From assembly GCA_036139835.1 (NCBI GenBank), contig JAYZYW010000012.1, positions 1 through 57,929 on the forward strand: DNA of 57,929 nt, given 5' to 3'. The position numbers and the translations under genes were made by a program. Every line of letters starts with the position of its first letter. Within the stretch, counting starts at the first letter, position 1. Positions 1 through 10,167 of this stretch are shown here, one piece after another. Below the pieces are notes generated by a model. That model ran no database searches. It saw nothing but the letters and a program-made list of their open reading frames with translations, and was not told where the DNA came from. This DNA comes from Bacteroidota bacterium. GTDB lineage: Bacteria; Bacteroidota; Bacteroidia; Flavobacteriales; BACL11.

Positions 1-2804
1 TATGCACCTGTAGTATCCCAAGTAAATGCAGCTTTAGTATGATTACCACTAAAAGTCTGTACTGTTAAGTTAGTTAAATCAGGACAAGCTGCAGCTGTAG
101 TGAAAGTCTCTATTGGAGAGTAGTAAGAACTTTGTCCTCCACAATAGAATGTCTTCATTCTCCACTCATAAGTAGTTGATGGATCTAGATTTAATAACAT
201 CTGACTTGTTGTTTGCAAACCAAAGTTACATAGTCCATTACCAACACCTGCTGATCGTGTTGTCCAATTAGTAGTACCCTGCTTACGATAACGCATAGCA
301 TATTGTAGTACCATACAACTAGAAGTATTCATATTATCCCAACCAAATGTACAACTGATATCAATTACATCAGTAACATAAAGGTTAGTTGGATAAGAAT
401 TACACACAGCAGCTTGCATACAACTACCATCATCACATGTAGCATTTGGATCATAGTTGCTTGCTGTACTGTCTGTACAACCATATGCAGTTAAACAAGA
501 GCCATCATTAACATTAGCTGTTGAATCAAAGTTACATGCAGTCGAATCAGTACAGCCAGAGATACAATAACTAAATGCAAGCCCATTAGAAGTGTCTACA
601 AAGGGTTGCCCATTAGATAACTGATCATAGAATACTACAAAAACATCTTGATTACCATAACCCACTGGTATTGTTATATCTATATAAGTTGGATCCCAAC
701 TATTAATCGAAGCCATTTCACTGCCAACCCAAGCGGTAAAGGTAATATTATTACTAGATGGATAGGTGTTCTCAAACAAACAGAAATTACCATATACTCT
801 TATCATATCCCCTGCACAAGCATCATTACTATTTGAGCTTAGTGAATCTAATGTAATGTTTGGATAAGAAAATGCAAGCCCATTAGAAGTGTCTACAAAG
901 GGTTGCCCATTAGATAACTGATCATAGAATACTACAAAAACATCTTGATTACCATAACCCACTGGTATTGTTATATCTATATAAGTTGAATCCCAACTAT
1001 TAAGCGAAGCCATTTCACTGCCAACCCAAGCGGTAAAGGTAATATTATTACTAGATGGATAAGTATTTTTAAACAAACAGAAATTACCATATACTCTTAT
1101 CATATCCCCTGCACAAGCATCATTACTATTTGAGCTTAGTGAATCTAATGTAATAGAGCAACACGAACCATCATCACAAGTAGATAATGAATTATAATTA
1201 GTTGCCGTTGAATCCGTACAACCATATGCAGTTAAACAAGAGCCATCATCAACATTGGCTGTAGAATCATAATTGCAAGCATTTAGATTTGTACATCCAT
1301 ATACAGGATAAATACAAATTCCGTTATTAACATTAGCTACAGAATAGTAGTTTAATGCTAGTGAATCCATACAGCCATAAATGTAAGGGGCTTGACATGA
1401 ATCAGTATGCTGTCCTAAATCTGACCAATCATTCATAGGGCGTACTATCCATTCAGAATTCTGTGCATTTGTACCTCCGGATAAAGACCAATTAGTATTA
1501 CCTTTTACCACATCACATTTCCTAACCAAAGTATGGTCTTTTGTTCCTTCAAGAAAACCCGCAACATCCCAACCATCACCTATGTCAGGGCCATCTGTAC
1601 CAATAACATCAATAAGCACACTATCTTTAGCAAGACCAACAGCATCATCTCCAGTCCAACTTGCTTGACTCCATGTAATATCAGCAACTGAAGTTATAAT
1701 TGAATCTGTACTAGAATTAGAACTACAGATAATATAGGTATCATCGTGTGCAAGTATCCCAGATAAACTCAAAGTTTTTTCTGCCCAACTTCCGCCATTA
1801 GTTATTTTCCATATCTCATATGCAGATAAGTCAATAGTTATACCGCTTCCATTATATATTTCTATATATTTATTGTAACCACTTCCTTCTCCGTATTCTG
1901 ATATATAAATACCATAAATACAACCACCATCATCACAAGTAGCTAATGGGTCATAGTTAGATGCTGCTTGGTTTGTGCAACCATATACACAATAAGTACA
2001 TGAACTATCATTACAGTTTGCAATTGCATTATAGTTTAATGCCGTTGAGTCTGTACAGCCTGCAAGCCCCCAACAAGATCCATCATCACAAGTTGCCGTT
2101 GAGTCATAATTGCAATAAGTTGGACCTGTGCATCCATATACACAATAAGTGCATGAACTATCATCAATTGTAGCGTTAATATTATAATTAGTTGCCGTAC
2201 TGTCTGTACACCCATAGACTGTAGTTCCTTGACATGGATGAGTATGCTGGCCAATATCCGACCAGTCATTCTGAGGAAGTACTATCCACTCGGAACTTAC
2301 TGAGTCAGTACCTGCTGATAAAAGCCAATTAGTATTACCATTAATCACTGAGCATTTTCGTACTAAAGTATGATCTTTAGTTGCATTAGTGACTCCGGCA
2401 ACATCCCATCCACTACCAGGATCAGGCCCATCTGTACCTACTACATCAACAAGCATCCCGTATTTAGCAAGACCAACAGCATCATCTCCAGTCCAACTTG
2501 CTTGACTCCAACTAACATCTCCAGCCGAACTAATAATTGGATTAATATTTGAACTGCTATGATAAATAATATAAACATCATCATCTGCAAGATTTCCAGA
2601 TAAATTTAAAGTAGATTCTGGCCAAGAACCTCCATTTGTAATTTTCCATATCTGATAATCAGATAAATCAACGCTTGCACCTGTTGGATTATAAATTTCT
2701 ATGTATTTGTTATATCCACTACCTTCTCCATATTCGGATATGAATAAATCTTGGGATAATGCCAATAAAGGCAAAAAGAAGAACAATAAAAATAGTTTTT
2801 TCAT
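1..2804 (-). CDS. Large secreted surface protein, N-terminal part. It has a signal peptide, two lamin-tail-domain-like modules, Cys-rich CTDSTA(C/T)NY repeats, a duplicated ~99-aa module and an Fn3-like end. The 3' end runs off the window start.
   Basis: Absent from the ORF track because there is no stop in the window. My reverse translation from the ATG (complement of 2802-2804) gives MKKLFLLFFFLPLLALSQDLFISEYGEGSGYNKYIEIYN. The spot-checked segments (2701-2804 and 1-59) are open in this frame, ending ...QTFSGNHTKAAFTWDTTGAY at position 1; I did not verify every codon in between. The LFISEY..NKYIEIYN motif recurs near 1900, indicating a second LTD-like module. Confidence 0.75.
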   Translation of the reverse strand, partial: MKKLFLLFFFLPLLALSQDLFISEYGEGSGYNKYIEIYNPTGASVDLSDYQIWKITNGGSWPESTLNLSGNLADDDVYIIYHSSSNINPIISSAGDVSWSQASWTGDDAVGLAKYGMLVDVVGTDGPDPGSGWDVAGVTNATKDHTLVRKCSVINGNTNWLLSAGTDSVSSEWIVLPQNDWSDIGQHTHPCQGTTVYGCTDSTATNYNINATIDDSSCTYCVYGCTGPTYCNYDSTATCDDGSCWGLAGCTDSTALNYNAIANCNDSSCTYCVYGCTNQAASNYDPLATCDDGGCIYGIYISEYGEGSGYNKYIEIYNGSGITIDLSAYEIWKITNGGSWAEKTLSLSGILAHDDTYIICSSNSSTDSIITSVADITWSQASWTGDDAVGLAKDSVLIDVIGTDGPDIGDGWDVAGFLEGTKDHTLVRKCDVVKGNTNWSLSGGTNAQNSEWIVRPMNDWSDLGQHTDSCQAPYIYGCMDSLALNYYSVANVNNGICIYPVYGCTNLNACNYDSTANVDDGSCLTAYGCTDSTATNYNSLSTCDDGSCCSITLDSLSSNSNDACAGDMIRVYGNFCLFKNTYPSSNNITFTAWVGSEMASLNSWDSTYIDITIPVGYGNQDVFVVFYDQLSNGQPFVDTSNGLAFSYPNITLDSLSSNSNDACAGDMIRVYGNFCLFENTYPSSNNITFTAWVGSEMASINSWDPTYIDITIPVGYGNQDVFVVFYDQLSNGQPFVDTSNGLAFSYCISGCTDSTACNFDSTANVNDGSCLTAYGCTDSTASNYDPNATCDDGSCMQAAVCNSYPTNLYVTDVIDISCTFGWDNMNTSSCMVLQYAMRYRKQGTTNWTTRSAGVGNGLCNFGLQTTSQMLLNLDPSTTYEWRMKTFYCGGQSSYYSPIETFTTAAACPDLTNLTVQTFSGNHTKAAFTWDTTGA
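573..1154. repeat. Near-identical tandem duplication with a 297-bp period (copies 573-857 and 870-1154) inside the surface-protein gene
   Basis: Direct comparison: aaatgcaagcccattagaagtgtctacaaagggttgcccattagataactg... recurs exactly 297 nt later with only a handful of mismatches. The period is a multiple of 3, so the duplication is in frame (99 aa). Confidence 0.9.
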
Positions 2805-3119
2805 AATACTTGTTTTAGATTAATAAAATTATGTTATCGTAATAAACAAGTGCTAAGTTACAAAAAAAGTCTGGATGGTTAATTTAAAATGGTTTCGTGG
2901 TTTACGGTAGAAAATATACAACTAAATTTTTAAAAAATCAAGTCTGTAAAATGCTGATTCATAGGATTATATTTCTAACCTAATCTTTCAGCATTAGTTA
3001 CTTTTTTTAATTTATTCATCTAAGATTGAATTCCTTAACATTTTGAGTTTTCAATAATTATTAACACTACTTTATTCATCTCATTAAAATTATATTTTTG
3101 CTTTTGTAAAATAGAATAT

Positions 3120-3965
3120 ATGCAAACAACTACTGAACTAAAAGATATTTGTACGCAAATAAGAAGAGATATTGTGCGTATGGTACATGCCAATAATTCT
3201 GGACATCCTGGCGGATCGCTTGGATGCACGGAATATTTTGTGGCGCTATATTTTGAAATTATGCAACATAATGCTAATTTTAATATGGATGGAAAAGATG
3301 AGGATATATTCTTTCTGTCAAATGGTCACATATCCCCTGTCTGGTATGCAACTCTTGCTCGTGCTGGCTATTTTGAAGTTGCAGAACTTGCTACATTTCG
3401 AAAAATAAACTCTCGTTTGCAAGGACATCCTACTACTCACGATCATTTGGAAGGTGTTCGTGTGGCTTCTGGCTCATTAGGACAAGGTCTCTCAGTTGCT
3501 ATTGGAAGTGCTTTAAGTAAAAAACTCAACAATGATGACAAACTTATTTATTCATTACATGGAGATGGAGAGTTACAAGAAGGGCAAATTTGGGAAGCTT
3601 TGATGTATGCATCCGCTAATAAGGTTGATAATCTGATTGCTACTATTGATTACAATAAAAAACAAATAGATGGCAGTATAGATGATGTACTTACTCTTGG
3701 TAATTTAAAATCAAAACTAGAAGCTTTTGATTGGATTGTTCTAGAAGAGAAAGAAGGGAATAATTTAGAGGCAGTAATCAATATCTTAAACAAGGCAAAA
3801 AGTCTTGTAGGAAACAATAAGCCTGTAACAATTCTGTTACATACTGAAATGGGTAATGGAGTTGATTATATGATGGGCACGCACAAGTGGCATGGCTCTG
3901 CCCCTAATGATGAACAACTCGAAATAGCACTTTCTCAAAATGCAGAAACTTTAGGTGATTATTAA
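3120..3965 (+). CDS. Transketolase, N-terminal (TPP-binding) subunit of a split transketolase
   Basis: 281 aa containing NSGHPGGSLG, LSNGH and GDGELQEGQIWEA, which are classic transketolase N-terminal/TPP motifs. Its length fits the split form. Confidence 0.9.
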   Translation: MQTTTELKDICTQIRRDIVRMVHANNSGHPGGSLGCTEYFVALYFEIMQHNANFNMDGKDEDIFFLSNGHISPVWYATLARAGYFEVAELATFRKINSRLQGHPTTHDHLEGVRVASGSLGQGLSVAIGSALSKKLNNDDKLIYSLHGDGELQEGQIWEALMYASANKVDNLIATIDYNKKQIDGSIDDVLTLGNLKSKLEAFDWIVLEEKEGNNLEAVINILNKAKSLVGNNKPVTILLHTEMGNGVDYMMGTHKWHGSAPNDEQLEIALSQNAETLGDY

Positions 3966-5331
3966 AAAACTTAAAATAGTATTACTTATTTCCTTTCTTT
4001 TGGGATGTGATTTTTCTGCAATAGCTCAAAAAAAGCAAGAACCTGTAAATAGGATTCTTTTTATTTTTGATGCTTCCCAGTCTATGCTTGGTAGATGGCA
4101 GTCAGGCAGAAAGATTGATATTGCTCGAGGATTACTTAATAACATATTAGATAGTTTAAAGAAGAGGGATAATTTAGAGATTGGTTTAAGGGTTTATGGT
4201 CATCAAAAAAGTTACCCTCCACAAGATTGTGATGATACAAAATTAGAGGTTGATTTTGCCTCAAGCGATATGGTGGCAGATCGAATTAAGGCAAAACTAA
4301 AAATGCTTAGAGCAAGAGGCACTACTCCAATTGCAAATGCGCTAGAGAAAGGGGCTTATGATTTCCCAAAAAATGCAAATAGTAGAAATATTATCATTCT
4401 TATTACTGATGGAGTTGAAGAATGTGATATGGACCCCTGTTCTGTGTCTAGACTTTTGCAAAGGGAAGGTATAATTCTTAAGCCATTTGTGATAGGTGTT
4501 GGTTTAGATAAGGCTTATGAAAAGACTTTTGATTGTGTCGGCACCTACTATGATGCTTCAAAAGAAAAGGACTTTGAAGCTGTTTTAGAGGTAGTTATAT
4601 CCTATATTATGAGTTCAACTACAGCACAAGTAAATCTTTTAGATGAAAGCGGAAGTCCAACAGAAACAAATGTGAATCTTACCTTTTATGATGAGTTCTC
4701 ATCTTTTGCCAAATACAACTTTATACACACCATGAATCATAAGGGTAACCCTGACACCATGAGTATTGATCCAATTTTGAAATATAAAGTAGTGGCACAT
4801 ACTATTCCTTCAGTAGAATCGGAAATTATATCTCTAACTCCTGGAAAACATACCATTATTCCACTTTCTACTCCTCAAGGAGAGTTGGAAATCAAAATGC
4901 AAAGTAAACAGGACTATCCCTGTATTATTCGACTAAAGGATCAGCATCATACATTAAATGTACAAACCACAAATACTAAACAGAAATACTTAATTGGAAA
5001 ATACGATGTTGAAGTTTTAACTACCCCTAGACTTATTATTGAAGATGTAAAAATAAAACAATCAGCAGTTGCAGAAATAAAAATTCCAAATACAGGAATA
5101 GCAAATATCCTTTTACCTTCTAAAGGTTATGGTGGTATTTACGAATTTAAAGATAATTTATGGCAGCAGATCTATTCTGTTGATGATAATACACAAAAAG
5201 TAAAGCTTTACTTGCTACCTGGAAATTATAAACTTGTTTTTAGGGCAAAATCAGCGAAGCAGTATATGTATACACGGGAAAAGAAATTTAAAGTACAATC
5301 AGGAAAATCAGAATTAATAAAATTATATTAA
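3955..5331 (+). CDS. von Willebrand factor A (VWA) domain lipoprotein
   Basis: GTG start. The signal peptide ends in LLGC (lipobox-like). ILFIFDASQSM is a MIDAS DxSxS motif and ILITDGVEEC is a typical VWA strand. It overlaps the upstream gene by 11 nt and ends 1 nt before the next gene. Confidence 0.75.
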   Translation: MIIKKLKIVLLISFLLGCDFSAIAQKKQEPVNRILFIFDASQSMLGRWQSGRKIDIARGLLNNILDSLKKRDNLEIGLRVYGHQKSYPPQDCDDTKLEVDFASSDMVADRIKAKLKMLRARGTTPIANALEKGAYDFPKNANSRNIIILITDGVEECDMDPCSVSRLLQREGIILKPFVIGVGLDKAYEKTFDCVGTYYDASKEKDFEAVLEVVISYIMSSTTAQVNLLDESGSPTETNVNLTFYDEFSSFAKYNFIHTMNHKGNPDTMSIDPILKYKVVAHTIPSVESEIISLTPGKHTIIPLSTPQGELEIKMQSKQDYPCIIRLKDQHHTLNVQTTNTKQKYLIGKYDVEVLTTPRLIIEDVKIKQSAVAEIKIPNTGIANILLPSKGYGGIYEFKDNLWQQIYSVDDNTQKVKLYLLPGNYKLVFRAKSAKQYMYTREKKFKVQSGKSELIKLY

Positions 5332-5332
5332 A

Positions 5333-6280
5333 ATGGAAATGAAAGATACTCGCTCAGGATTTGGAGTAGGGCTAACCGAACTTGGAAGAAGAAATTCCAA
5401 AGTAGTAGCACTTTGTGCAGATCTTACTGGCTCGCTTAAAATGAATGATTTCAAAAATGAAAATCCTGATCGTTTTTTTCAAATTGGAATTGCTGAGGCA
5501 AATATGATTGGTATTGCTGCTGGCATGACAATAGGTGGTAAAATACCTTTTACAGGAACATTTGCCAATTTCTCTACTTCAAGGGTTTATGATCAAATCA
5601 GGCAATCGGTTGCCTATTCAGAAAAAAATGTGAAGATATGCGCCTCACATGCTGGTGTTACTTTAGGTGAAGATGGAGCAACTCATCAAGTATTGGAAGA
5701 TATTGGTATGATGAAGATGTTGCCTAATATGGTGGTAATCAATCCTTGTGATTTTAATCAAACAAAAGCGGCAACCATTGCTATTGCTGACCATAATGGG
5801 CCTGTCTACTTGCGATTTGGAAGACCTAAAGTACCTAACTTTACTCCTACTGATCAACAATTTGAAATTGGAAAAGCCTTACATTTACAAAAAGGCACTG
5901 ATGTTACAATTTTTGCTACAGGGCATTTGGTGTGGGAATCTTTAGAGGCTGCAAAAACTTTAGCAGAGAACGGAATCTCTGCAGAAGTAATAAATATCCA
6001 CACCATTAAGCCTTTGGATGAAAAAGCCATCTTAAATGCTGTGAGTAAAACAAAATGTGTAGTCACAGCTGAAGAACATATGCTTAATGGCGGATTGGGC
6101 GATAGTGTAGCGCAGTTGTTAGGTAGAAATAATCCTGTTCCCCTAGAAATGGTTGGTGTAAATGATACTTTTGGAGAAAGTGGTGCACCAATGCAATTAT
6201 TAGAAAAATACGGACTAGACGCAAAAGCAATTGTGACAGCAACTAAGAAAGTAATAAGCAGAAAAACAAACTATAGATAA
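5333..6280 (+). CDS. Transketolase, C-terminal (pyrimidine-binding) subunit
   Basis: 315 aa containing FFQIGIAEANMIGIAAG, HAGVTLGEDGATHQ and IHTIKPLD, which are typical of transketolase and DXS-type C-terminal halves. Confidence 0.9.
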   Translation: MEMKDTRSGFGVGLTELGRRNSKVVALCADLTGSLKMNDFKNENPDRFFQIGIAEANMIGIAAGMTIGGKIPFTGTFANFSTSRVYDQIRQSVAYSEKNVKICASHAGVTLGEDGATHQVLEDIGMMKMLPNMVVINPCDFNQTKAATIAIADHNGPVYLRFGRPKVPNFTPTDQQFEIGKALHLQKGTDVTIFATGHLVWESLEAAKTLAENGISAEVINIHTIKPLDEKAILNAVSKTKCVVTAEEHMLNGGLGDSVAQLLGRNNPVPLEMVGVNDTFGESGAPMQLLEKYGLDAKAIVTATKKVISRKTNYR

Positions 6281-6281
6281 A

Positions 6282-6440
6282 ATGAAAAGATCAATTCTAA
6301 TTTGTCTTTCAATTCTGTTTTCAATAATAACGCTAAAGGCAAAAAATAATCCTCAACTCTATATTTATGAGGGCGGAATGGTAGAAAAAAATTATTATAG
6401 AATAATCTCTGCCATCTTCTTACTTTTGCCGTATGGGTAA
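6282..6440 (+). CDS. Possible small secreted peptide (52 aa), not in the ORF track
   Basis: ATG at 6282 translates to MKRSILICLSILFSIITLKAKNNPQLYIYEGGMVEKNYYRIISAIFLLLPYG. The N-terminus is signal-like. Its stop overlaps the next start as ATGGGTAA. There is no homology evidence. Confidence 0.25.
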   Translation: MKRSILICLSILFSIITLKAKNNPQLYIYEGGMVEKNYYRIISAIFLLLPYG

Positions 6441-7614
6441 TGCAAAAGATATATTTAAACGCCACTTAGCACAAACCTTTTCTTTTCCTTCTTGTTTAGA
6501 AGTTGAATCAGCTAAAGGAAGTTATATAACTGATGTAAATGGTAAAGATTATCTAGATTTTGTTGCGGGCATTTCTGCTTGCACTTTAGGTCACTCAAAC
6601 CCTATAATTACAAATGCTATCAAAAAGCAGTTAGAACAGTATACACATATAATGGTATATGGAGAATATGTACAATCTCCACAATATAAATTAGCTAAAT
6701 TGTTGGCTGATAATCTTCCAAAAAACTTAAGTACAATATATTTTACCACTTCTGGAACTGAAGCGATTGAAGGCGCTATGAAGTTAGCTAAACGAGCAAC
6801 AGGAAGATCAGAAATTATCTCCTGTAAAGACTCTTATCATGGCTCAACCCAAGGCGCGTTAAGCATTATGGGAAATGAACAGCAAAAAGCTAGTTTTCGT
6901 CCTTTATTGCCAAATTGTAATCAAATCATCTATAATGATGAAAAATCTTTAGAATACATCACAAAGCAAACAGCTGGTGTAGTAATTGAACCTATACAAG
7001 GGGCAAGTGGATTTATTACGCCTACAAATAATTTCCTACAAAAAGTAAGAGAAAGGTGTAATAAAACAGGGTCGCTTCTTATTCTTGATGAAATACAAAC
7101 ATGTTATGGCCGATTAGGAACACTATTTGCTTTTGAGAGATATGATGTAATCCCTGATATCTTATGTATTGCAAAAGCAATGGGTGGTGGTATGCCAATA
7201 GGAGCTTTCATATCTTCTTGGGACTTAATGAACCTAATAACTTTTAACCCTCAACTAGGTCACATAACTACTTTTGGAGGACACCCTGTTAATTGTGCAA
7301 CTAGCTTAGCTACTTTACAATATTTACTTGATTCTGATTTAATGCAAGAAATAGAACAAAAAGAATCACTTTTTAGAAAACACTTACAGCATCTAAAAAT
7401 CAAAGAGATAAGAGGAAATGGATTAATGCTTGCTATTGAGTTAGAAGATGAAGCATTAGCGAAAAAAGTAGTTGAACAATCTCTAAAAAAAGGATTGATA
7501 CTTTTTTATTTTTTATTTACTAAAACTGCCATTCGCATTACCCCACCTCTTACTATTTCTGAAGATGAGGTTATTAAAGGGTGTGAGATAATAAAAGAGG
7601 TTCTTAACAATTAA
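6433..7614 (+). CDS. Class-III (acetylornithine/GABA-type) PLP-dependent aminotransferase
   Basis: Contains TSGTEAIEGAMKLAKR, LILDEIQTCYGRLG, and IAKAMGGGMPIGAF with the PLP-lysine context. Confidence 0.85.
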   Translation: MGNAKDIFKRHLAQTFSFPSCLEVESAKGSYITDVNGKDYLDFVAGISACTLGHSNPIITNAIKKQLEQYTHIMVYGEYVQSPQYKLAKLLADNLPKNLSTIYFTTSGTEAIEGAMKLAKRATGRSEIISCKDSYHGSTQGALSIMGNEQQKASFRPLLPNCNQIIYNDEKSLEYITKQTAGVVIEPIQGASGFITPTNNFLQKVRERCNKTGSLLILDEIQTCYGRLGTLFAFERYDVIPDILCIAKAMGGGMPIGAFISSWDLMNLITFNPQLGHITTFGGHPVNCATSLATLQYLLDSDLMQEIEQKESLFRKHLQHLKIKEIRGNGLMLAIELEDEALAKKVVEQSLKKGLILFYFLFTKTAIRITPPLTISEDEVIKGCEIIKEVLNN

Positions 7615-8261
7615 TCCTTAAAGTTTTTATTGTTTAGCATAGGAACAAATGAAAAATTTCCATGTTTTGTAATTTGATTTTCTGTTGCTGAAATTTTTTC
7701 TATCAACTGCATTTCTTGAATATCTCCACCACCTATTGGAGCTACCATCTTACCACATATTTTTAGTTGGGTGAGCAGTTTAGTTGGAATTTCTGTAGCA
7801 CCACAAGTGATAATTATTTTATCAAAAGGAGCAAACTTTGGTAATCCTTGGTAGCCATCTCCATAAAAGAAATGACATTTATATCCAATTTTAGGTAAGA
7901 ACCCTTTCGTGTTCTTAAATAAATCTTGTTGTCTTTCAATGGTATAAACATTTGCTTCCATAGCAATCAATACTGCTGCTTGATAGCCAGATCCAGTTCC
8001 TATTTCTAATACCTTATCATAAGGTTTTATTGCTAAAAGTTCAGTCTGCTTGGCAACAGTAAAAGGCTGAGAAATAGTTTGCCCTGAACCTATTGGAAAA
8101 GCCTTGTCTACATACGCAAAATTGATAAATGCATTATCCATAAAAAGGTGCCTTGGAATTTTACCAATAGCGGCTAAAACATTTTCATCCTTTATTCCTT
8201 TCTCTCTTACTTCTTCAACTAGCTTTTTTCTTAATCCTTGATGTTTAAATGTGTCTTGCAT
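7611..8261 (-). CDS. pcm: Protein-L-isoaspartate O-methyltransferase
   Basis: 216 aa containing GQTISQPFTVA and VLEIGTGSGYQAAVL (SAM motif I), with typical Pcm length. Confidence 0.9.
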   Translation of the reverse strand: MQDTFKHQGLRKKLVEEVREKGIKDENVLAAIGKIPRHLFMDNAFINFAYVDKAFPIGSGQTISQPFTVAKQTELLAIKPYDKVLEIGTGSGYQAAVLIAMEANVYTIERQQDLFKNTKGFLPKIGYKCHFFYGDGYQGLPKFAPFDKIIITCGATEIPTKLLTQLKICGKMVAPIGGGDIQEMQLIEKISATENQITKHGNFSFVPMLNNKNFKD

Positions 8262-8332
8262 TTATTCTTAATCCTTAATTGCTTTTCTTTATAAATATTC
8301 TATTTTCGCCAACAAATCTATATTACAAAAGA

Positions 8333-9298
8333 ATGATAAAAATAGGCGTTATTGGCGCAGGACATCTAGGAAAAATACACATTCGTTTGTTAAAAGAAAT
8401 ACAAGATTTCCAGTTGATAGGTTTTATGGATACTAATGACGAAAATGCAAAGCAAATTGTTGATGAATTTGGCATCACTGCATATCATTCTGCAACAGAT
8501 TTAATTGAAAAATGTGATGCAGTTGATGTGGTTACGCCTACTGAGTCTCATTTTGAATATGCAAAATTAGTACTAGAAAAGAACAAGAGTCTATTTATAG
8601 AAAAACCCATTACAACTACTATTAAGCAAGCAAAAGAATTATTATCACTCACTGATGGTAAAAGTTGTAAAATTCAAGTTGGACATGTGGAGAGATTCAA
8701 CCCTGCCTTTACTGCAATTGAGAATGAATGTAATAATCCTATGTTTATTGAAGCACACCGCTTGACAGAATTTAATCCTAGAGGAACAGATGTTCCAGTA
8801 GTCCATGATTTGATGATTCATGATATTGATATTATCTTAAAATTAGTTGATTCGAAAGTAAAACAAATAAATGCAAGTGGTGTATCGATCATTAGCGATA
8901 CACCTGATATTGCAAATGCCAGAATTGAATTTGAAAATGGATGTGTTGCCAACCTTACTGCTAGCAGAATATCATTTAAAAATATGCGCAAAACAAGGGT
9001 TTTTCAGCAAGACGCATACATTGCCATAGATTTTTTGCATAAAAAAGCTGAACTAATAAGAATGCAGGAAGTTAAAAATATTGACGATCCTTTTGCAATG
9101 ATTATTGATCCGGGAAATGGAAAAGCCAAAAAACAAATTCAATTTGAAAGTCCAAAGACAGAGGAAAATAATGCGATAAAAGATGAGCTCACTTCCTTTT
9201 ATTTTGCAATTAAGAATAATACTGAACCCATTGTTAGCATTCAAGATGCAATTAATGCACTTGATATTGCGCAAAAAATCGCACAACAAATAAAATAA
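8333..9298 (+). CDS. Gfo/Idh/MocA family NAD-dependent oxidoreductase
   Basis: MIKIGVIGAGHLGKIH forms a Rossmann GxGxxG motif and EKP occurs in FIEKPIT. I chose the internal ATG at 8333 over the track start at 8279. Confidence 0.8.
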   Translation: MIKIGVIGAGHLGKIHIRLLKEIQDFQLIGFMDTNDENAKQIVDEFGITAYHSATDLIEKCDAVDVVTPTESHFEYAKLVLEKNKSLFIEKPITTTIKQAKELLSLTDGKSCKIQVGHVERFNPAFTAIENECNNPMFIEAHRLTEFNPRGTDVPVVHDLMIHDIDIILKLVDSKVKQINASGVSIISDTPDIANARIEFENGCVANLTASRISFKNMRKTRVFQQDAYIAIDFLHKKAELIRMQEVKNIDDPFAMIIDPGNGKAKKQIQFESPKTEENNAIKDELTSFYFAIKNNTEPIVSIQDAINALDIAQKIAQQIK

Positions 9299-9327
9299 CG
9301 ATTCGTTTGAGATAGCACAAAACCATT

Positions 9328-10167
9328 ATGAAGCACCTTACTTGCATTCTATTTATTTCAATTTTTCTTTTTTCTTCTTGTAGAAAAACTGATTTAAATA
9401 ATGGTATTCCCTCCTACATCAGCATTCCTTCTGTTGATTTAAGTGAAAACCCTAATCAAGGAAGTAGTTCACATAAAATTACTGATGTATGGGTATATTT
9501 CGATAACGATTTGCAGGGAATATATCCATTACCAGCAAACTTTCCAGTGCTTAAGGAAGGAAAGCAAAATATCAGTATAAAGGCAGGAATCAAAAACAAT
9601 GGTATAGCAGCAACTAGAAAAAATTATCCTTTTTATGATTTTCATACGGAAGAGATAACGCTTAAGAAAGATAGCATTACTATTATAAATCCTGAGGTAA
9701 GTTATTTTGAAAACACATCATTCCATATCATTGATTTTGAAATTGGTAGTAAGAAATTTGAAGAAACACCTAGTAGCGACACCACTTTCTTAATCAATAA
9801 TGATACTATGTTTGAAGGAAATTCTGGAGGAGTACATTTAGCATCTCCACATCTTACTTTTGAAATCGCAACAGACGCCATACATTTACCGAAAATAGGC
9901 ACCCCTATTTATGTAGAACTGAATTATAAATGCAACACTTCTTTTCAAATTGGTGTTTTTGCAGATTTTAACCCTACAATTGTTACAACTTCATTAGTTA
10001 CTGTAAATCCAAAAAATGAATGGAATAAAATTTATGTAGATTTAACTTCTGCCATTATTAATACATTACAAGCTAACAATCATAAAGTATTTATTTCTAT
10101 GAGGCGAGATATAAACAGTGCTGAAGTTGCAGAGTTATATTTGGATAATTTCAAAGTGGTATATTAA
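9328..10167 (+). CDS. Hypothetical lipoprotein
   Basis: The signal peptide ends in LFSSC. No recognisable catalytic motif. It abuts the sugar-transferase gene (stop 10167, next start 10168). Confidence 0.5.
   Translation: MKHLTCILFISIFLFSSCRKTDLNNGIPSYISIPSVDLSENPNQGSSSHKITDVWVYFDNDLQGIYPLPANFPVLKEGKQNISIKAGIKNNGIAATRKNYPFYDFHTEEITLKKDSITIINPEVSYFENTSFHIIDFEIGSKKFEETPSSDTTFLINNDTMFEGNSGGVHLASPHLTFEIATDAIHLPKIGTPIYVELNYKCNTSFQIGVFADFNPTIVTTSLVTVNPKNEWNKIYVDLTSAIINTLQANNHKVFISMRRDINSAEVAELYLDNFKVVY

Noticed and set aside
648-2552. Short track ORFs (648-836 +, 1961-2173 +, 2036-2269 -, 2370-2552 +)
   Set aside because: All lie inside the long minus-strand surface-protein ORF (1-2804) in other frames or on the other strand. 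They are repetitive low-complexity translations.
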